This document shows positions 59,304-64,000 of a stretch of DNA of 64,000 nucleotides, piece after piece. Each line of letters begins with the position of its first letter. Within the stretch, counting starts at the first letter, position 1. The DNA comes from Thermodesulfobacteriota bacterium (lineage in GTDB: Bacteria > Desulfobacterota > Anaeroferrophillalia > Anaeroferrophillales > Tharpellaceae), in assembly GCA_024763535.1 (NCBI GenBank), contig JANTFH010000008.1, positions 1,948 through 65,947 on the forward strand, given 5' to 3'. A program made the translations under genes and the position numbers. Below the pieces are notes generated by a model. That model was given only the letters and a program-made list of their open reading frames with translations. It did no database searches and was not told where the DNA came from.

Positions 59304-60151
59304 CAGTACAAATTTTTATTCCTTTTGAGAGCAGCCAGGAAAAAGTAGATAACTCCGGCACAGACGATTATGATCGGACCGCACGAAAGGTTGGCGCTGT
59401 AGCTTATACTGAGGCCGCCGACAATGGCGATAGAGGAAAAGAGTATTGCCAGGCCCATCATGCCGGAGAGGGTGCGGGCATAGAGGGCGGCGGTCGCCGC
59501 CGGCAGCGTCAGCATGGCGATAACCATGACAATCCCGACTACACGAATCATCAGGACGACACTGACTGCGGTTAAGCCCAACAGCAGTTGGTAGAAGAGA
59601 TCAACCTTCAGACCCCGCAACCGGGCAAATTCCTCATCAAAACAGATGGCGGTGATGATGTGGTAGAAACGGTAGAAAAAGAGAATGATAACCGTATCCA
59701 GAGCAATTATAAGTTTCAGATCGCGGCCTGAAACCAGAAGAATATCCCCGAAAAGATAACTTGTAATATCAAAATAACCCGGCGTCATATCCATAAAAAT
59801 AATTCCAACAGCCATACCTATAGCCCAGGTTGCTCCGATCATGACCTCCTCTCTTTTTTTCATTGTGCCGGAGCCGAAACGGGCAATAATGAAAGCCGAT
59901 AAAAGTGCGGCCAGCAGGGCTCCGTAAAGAGGATCAAGCCATTCCAGGGCAAAAACGGTTTTCAACCAAATTACCGCCCCGATTCCTCCTAAAACCGAAT
60001 GCGAAACCGCTCCGGCCAGATAACTGATGCGCCGGCTGATTACATAGGTGCCGATAATGCCGAAGGTAACGCTTGAAAAAAGTCCTACCAGCAGAGTCTG
60101 TCGCAGAAAAAGATTATTGGGATCGGCCAGGGCCCGGAAAAAATCCATCAT
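59303..60151 (-). CDS. znuB: Zn/Mn ABC transporter permease (ZnuB-like)
   Basis: SHSVLGG, YLFGDILLV, FDEEFA, VGIVMV, LPAATA. Confidence 0.85.
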   Translation of the reverse strand: MMDFFRALADPNNLFLRQTLLVGLFSSVTFGIIGTYVISRRISYLAGAVSHSVLGGIGAVIWLKTVFALEWLDPLYGALLAALLSAFIIARFGSGTMKKREEVMIGATWAIGMAVGIIFMDMTPGYFDITSYLFGDILLVSGRDLKLIIALDTVIILFFYRFYHIITAICFDEEFARLRGLKVDLFYQLLLGLTAVSVVLMIRVVGIVMVIAMLTLPAATAALYARTLSGMMGLAILFSSIAIVGGLSISYSANLSCGPIIIVCAGVIYFFLAALKRNKNLY

Positions 60152-60152
60152 C

Positions 60153-60971
60153 TTAGCTTTTACCTTTCAGATTAAGCGGTTCATGGTCGCCGGAGAAAGG
60201 ATCGTAATGGCTGTGACCGGAGGGGCCGCAGCGGTGGTCGTGACGGATAAGGTCGAAATCACCGCCGTAGATCTCCTTGATAATGGTACCGTTGATCCGG
60301 CTGGTGGGATGAATAACGACTTCGTGATTGACACAGATAACACTTTTAACGAAATGAGAGACAAAGCCTAGATCGTGTGAAACCAGGAGAATGGTCATCT
60401 TTTGGTTGAGCCGGGCCAGGGTTTCATAGAGGTTTTCTTCGCTGCGCGGGTCAATGTTGGAGGTTGGTTCGTCGAGCAGGAGGAGTTCCGGCTCACTGCA
60501 GAGGGCCCGGGCGATAAGTACCCGCTGTCGCTGCCCGCCGGAGAGACGGTTAAAGTGTTTTTGAGTAAAATCCGCCATGCCCACTTCAGCCAGGGCCGCT
60601 TTTGCCTGGGCGGTGGCGGTGCGGGGAAAACTTCCGTTGAGACCTTTTCCGCATTGATCAATGCGGCCGGTGAGCACTACCTCAAGCACGGAGATCGGAA
60701 ACTGCGGATCAAGCTGGGCGTGCTGCGGCATATAACCGATTTTACGGCGGGCTTTTACCGGAGTCGTGCCGAAAACTTCAATTGTTCCCTGACCCGGTTT
60801 AAGCAGTCCCAGAATTAGTTTGAGGAGAGTGGTTTTCCCGCCCCCGTTAGGACCGACGATGCTAGCCAGTTCGCCCCTGTCAATCTTAAGATTGACATTT
60901 TCTAAAACCGGGTTGTCGGAATAGGAGAAATTAAGATCTTTGATAGAGATTACTGGAATTTCCAAACTCAT
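60153..60971 (-). CDS. znuC: Zn/Mn ABC transporter ATP-binding protein (ZnuC-like)
   Basis: GPNGGGKTT, LSGGQRQR, LDEPT, SHDL; His/Cys-rich tail. Confidence 0.88.
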   Translation of the reverse strand: MSLEIPVISIKDLNFSYSDNPVLENVNLKIDRGELASIVGPNGGGKTTLLKLILGLLKPGQGTIEVFGTTPVKARRKIGYMPQHAQLDPQFPISVLEVVLTGRIDQCGKGLNGSFPRTATAQAKAALAEVGMADFTQKHFNRLSGGQRQRVLIARALCSEPELLLLDEPTSNIDPRSEENLYETLARLNQKMTILLVSHDLGFVSHFVKSVICVNHEVVIHPTSRINGTIIKEIYGGDFDLIRHDHRCGPSGHSHYDPFSGDHEPLNLKGKS

Positions 60972-61894
60972 GGTTTTGCCTTGAGATGTGCTTGAATGGT
61001 GGTCGCAATATGCCTGAGATTATCGCAGTAGTTTACGGCAAGCGGGTCGATTCCAATAACCGCGCAATCTAAGGCTACGGCGATTTTTTGCGCACTCTGG
61101 CGGTCGAATTGGGGTTGAACGAAGAGGGCGGCAATTTTTTCCGCCCGGGCCCGCTGCATAAATGCCGCAAGTTCCCGGGCTTTCGGTGTTTTCCCGGCAA
61201 GTTCAATGGCTTCCTGCTTTAATCCATAGGCCCGGGCAAAATAGCTGAAAGCCGGATGATAGACAAAAATTGTTTGGTCGCGATAGGGAACAAATGACTC
61301 TTTTAACTCTTTATTAAGAACATTAAGTTTTGATTTTAATGTATTAAAATTTTTAGTGTATTTTTTTTCGCCGTCCGGATCTATACGGATTAATGCCCGG
61401 CAGATGGTGGCCGCCTGTTTAAGAGCCAGTTCCGGGTCAAGCCAGGTATGGGGATCTAAGCCCTGATGTTGATTATGGCGATGTTCTCCGGCCATCGGCT
61501 GCAGTTTGATTCCGCTTTGTGTGTCTATAATTTCAGGGGACTTAGGCAGGGTTTTAAGTTTGCTTAACAGAGCATTTTCAAAAGGAAGCCCAACCTTGAA
61601 AAAGAGCCGGGCCCGGCTTAAATCACGAATCTGCAGCGGGGTCGGGGCGTAGGTTGCCGGACTTCTGCCGGGCGGCAGAGCCAATTTGGCCGAAACCCGG
61701 TCGCCGCCGATCTCCCGGCAGAAATCGAGGTGAGCCCCAACACTGACAAACACCGGAATCGGTAGATGCTGTACGGTTTGGACGGAGGAGCCGGCGGCTA
61801 TCGCCGAATCTCTCAGACCAGCAATCAGAATAAAAAGTGCCGTCAGAATGAGCAAAGATATTCCGAACCGTGCTTTAGACTGTTTTTTTATCAT
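60968..61894 (-). CDS. znuA: Zn/Mn ABC transporter substrate-binding protein (ZnuA-like)
   Basis: IGGDRV, His patch followed by DPHTWLDP, YHPAFSYFA. Start uncertain (61894-61963). Confidence 0.85.
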   Translation of the reverse strand: MIKKQSKARFGISLLILTALFILIAGLRDSAIAAGSSVQTVQHLPIPVFVSVGAHLDFCREIGGDRVSAKLALPPGRSPATYAPTPLQIRDLSRARLFFKVGLPFENALLSKLKTLPKSPEIIDTQSGIKLQPMAGEHRHNQHQGLDPHTWLDPELALKQAATICRALIRIDPDGEKKYTKNFNTLKSKLNVLNKELKESFVPYRDQTIFVYHPAFSYFARAYGLKQEAIELAGKTPKARELAAFMQRARAEKIAALFVQPQFDRQSAQKIAVALDCAVIGIDPLAVNYCDNLRHIATTIQAHLKAKP

Positions 61895-61991
61895 TACAGT
61901 TGTCATTCGCTGCTGTTGAGAAGTGGGTTCTGAAGATAGTTTCTGATTTACCACAAACAACAAAATCGGTAAACTCCAAAGTTACAATTTC

Positions 61992-62020
61992 TTGACACTA
62001 TTCCCACCAGCAACTATAGA
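61992..62020 (+). promoter_or_regulatory. Sigma70-type promoter
   Basis: TTGACA-17nt-TATAGA upstream of the DUF4139 gene. Confidence 0.5.
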
Positions 62021-62080
62021 ATGATCTGTCGCAGATCACCGCAAAACCAGCGCTTAATAATCTCTTGCCGGGAGGATACA

Positions 62081-63529
62081 ATGTTACGAAAAATTATCAT
62101 GACGGCTCTGGCTTTAAGCTTTTTCAGTATAACAATGCCGGCATCAGCCAAGGCTGCGACCAAAGCTGAAGTTGTCAGCGATCTATCCGATCAAACCGGT
62201 GTGGCAGTAACTATTTATAACCAGAACCTGGCTCTGATCAAGGATCATCGGCATCTGCATCTGGCGGCCGGCCCGATAAAACTCGCTTTTCGCGGGGTCA
62301 GTGCCAAGATGCGTCCGGAAACCGCACTCTTCTCCGCCAGGGGTCTCTCCGTTATCGAACAAAACTTTGAGTTCGATCTTTTAACTCCGGCCTCCCTGCT
62401 GCAGAAGTATGTCGGCCGCCGGGTTGAAGTGATCCGGCGTCATCCGACCACCGGAGTTGAAAGCCGGGAGCCGGCGGAGGTAATGAGCGCCAACAACGGA
62501 GTTGTTCTGAAATTTGCCGATCGCATCGAGAGCGGGGTACCGGGGCGGCTCTCTTTTCCCAGTCTGCCCGAAAACCTGCGGGATAAACCGACTTTAACGA
62601 TGCTGCTTCAGTCGCAGAAAGAGGGGGATAAGGATATTGAATTGAGTTATCTCAGTCGGGGGCTCGGCTGGCAGGCCGATTATGTGGCTGAACTTAATCC
62701 AGACGACAGCGCCCTGAATCTGAGCGGCTGGGTAACCCTGACTAATACCAGCGGCACAACCTATAAGAACGCCCATCTGCAGCTGGTCGCCGGCGACCTG
62801 CATCAGGTACAGCCGGAGGCTAAGTTTTCCGACGATATTCGTCGGGAGAGAGTTTATAAAACGATGGCGGCCGCGGCACCGAATATGGCTCAGGAGAAGA
62901 TGTTCGAATATCACCTCTATACCCTGGGCCGGCCGACAACCATTGCCGACAAGCAGAGTAAACAGGTGGCTCTGCTGCAGGCGGCTGCGATCCCCTGTAA
63001 AAAAGAGTTTTTATTGAAGGGCAGTTCTTACTACTACCGTCAGGCGTACGGCGAAATCGACCGGAAACTCAAAATCGGTGTCTATGTCGAGGTTGAAAAC
63101 CGCAAGCAGAATCATCTCGGTATGCCGCTTCCCAAAGGGGTGGTTCGGGTCTACAAAGAGGACAGTAAAGGGGCGCTCCAGTTTGTCGGTGAAGACCGGA
63201 TCGATCATACTCCGGAGAATGAATCCATACGTTTGAAACTGGGCGATGCCTTTGATTTGACAGGTTCAAAAAAACAGACTGATTTCAAAAAACTCAGCGG
63301 TAACGGCCGTTATAACTATATCTATGAAGCCGCATTTGCCCTGAAACTGAAAAATGCCAAAGCCGAGGCGGTCACGATTAAAGTAAGCGAACCGATTCCC
63401 GGCGACTGGGAAATTTTAAGCGAATCTCATAAACATAAAAAAGAGAGCAGTTCAGTGGCTTCCTGGCGGATTCAGGTCCCCGCCAAGGGGGAAAGCGTAC
63501 TTACCTACAAAGCCAGAATTAAGTTTTAA
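62081..63529 (+). CDS. Exported DUF4139-domain protein
   Basis: Signal peptide; VTIYNQNLALI, LSYL..GLGWQADY, LVAGD, EYHLYTL, LPKG.VRVY, IDHTP; SD GGAGGA. Confidence 0.85.
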   Translation: MLRKIIMTALALSFFSITMPASAKAATKAEVVSDLSDQTGVAVTIYNQNLALIKDHRHLHLAAGPIKLAFRGVSAKMRPETALFSARGLSVIEQNFEFDLLTPASLLQKYVGRRVEVIRRHPTTGVESREPAEVMSANNGVVLKFADRIESGVPGRLSFPSLPENLRDKPTLTMLLQSQKEGDKDIELSYLSRGLGWQADYVAELNPDDSALNLSGWVTLTNTSGTTYKNAHLQLVAGDLHQVQPEAKFSDDIRRERVYKTMAAAAPNMAQEKMFEYHLYTLGRPTTIADKQSKQVALLQAAAIPCKKEFLLKGSSYYYRQAYGEIDRKLKIGVYVEVENRKQNHLGMPLPKGVVRVYKEDSKGALQFVGEDRIDHTPENESIRLKLGDAFDLTGSKKQTDFKKLSGNGRYNYIYEAAFALKLKNAKAEAVTIKVSEPIPGDWEILSESHKHKKESSSVASWRIQVPAKGESVLTYKARIKF

Positions 63530-63565
63530 CTGCCTGCATTTCAGCTGCCGAACCGGACTCTATTC

Positions 63566-64000
63566 GTGCGCATATTACTGATTGAACCATTCAACGGCGG
63601 CTCGCATGCCGCCTGGGCCCGAGGCTATCAACAGCATTCAAGCCATGACATTGAGATCCTGGGGCTGCCCGGTAAAAACTGGAAATGGCGGATGCAGGGA
63701 GCGGCGGTCACTCTGGCCCGAGACTATCGCGAACGTCTGCGCCGGGGCCTGAGATATGACCTGATTCTGGCTTCAGATATGCTTGATCTGGCAACCTTTG
63801 CCGGTTTGATCCGCAAAAGCGGCCCGGTTTCTGAAGAGAGAGGGGCGGACCTGCCGATCGCCATCTATTTTCACGAGAATCAGCTGACTTATCCGCTCTC
63901 TCCGAGTGAAAAGGCGCAGCTGTCGGGCCGTAATCGTCAATTCGGAATGATCAATTTTACCAGTGCCCTGACCGCGGACATCTCTCTCTTTAATTCCGAT
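63566..64000 (+). CDS. DUF3524 / GTDC1 (QTMAN-like) glycosyltransferase, N-terminal part (runs off the window)
   Basis: Not in the ORF track. GTG start; MRILLIEPFNGGSHAAW...LPGKNWKWRM...SDMLDL...YFHENQLTYP...N.TSALTAD...FNS. Confidence 0.85.
   Translation, partial: MRILLIEPFNGGSHAAWARGYQQHSSHDIEILGLPGKNWKWRMQGAAVTLARDYRERLRRGLRYDLILASDMLDLATFAGLIRKSGPVSEERGADLPIAIYFHENQLTYPLSPSEKAQLSGRNRQFGMINFTSALTADISLFNSD

Overview
Mostly housekeeping chromosomal DNA from an anaerobe that looks like Desulfobacterota (deltaproteobacterial). This assignment is inferred from gene content: PEP-CTERM-associated PrsR and CAAX protease, a tungsten-type AOR, an ftsH-folP-cdaA-cdaR-glmM operon and a CIRCE-controlled rpoH. 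About 47 CDSs can be called, including clpB, ispG, mutL, trxB, pcm, an rpoS-like sigma, dxs, der, an IHF/HU subunit, pgsA, recD2, dnaE, pckA and a znuABC-like operon. I recognised no rRNA, tRNA, CRISPR array, transposase or integrase. The unexplained signal is non-coding. (i) A highly structured intergenic element of about 190-250 nt: a full copy at 14384-14631, a diverged copy at 17082-17272 with many compensatory stem substitutions, an internally deleted inverted copy at 14121-14239, and a relative with similar termini at 54767-54877. Two of these copies bracket the aor-ygbA genes. (ii) A second palindrome family (GGGGACA...TGTCCCC) present as two inverted copies with stuttered ends around a two-gene segment. 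Also notable: an unannotated 47-aa Tyr-rich membrane microprotein, a kinase-like gene inside the ftsH-folP operon, a charged insertion in citrate synthase, ArsM-like and ArsA-like proteins with altered motifs, and a bacterial GTDC1/QTMAN-like (DUF3524) gene at the right edge. All calls come from motif recognition by eye; no database searches were run.
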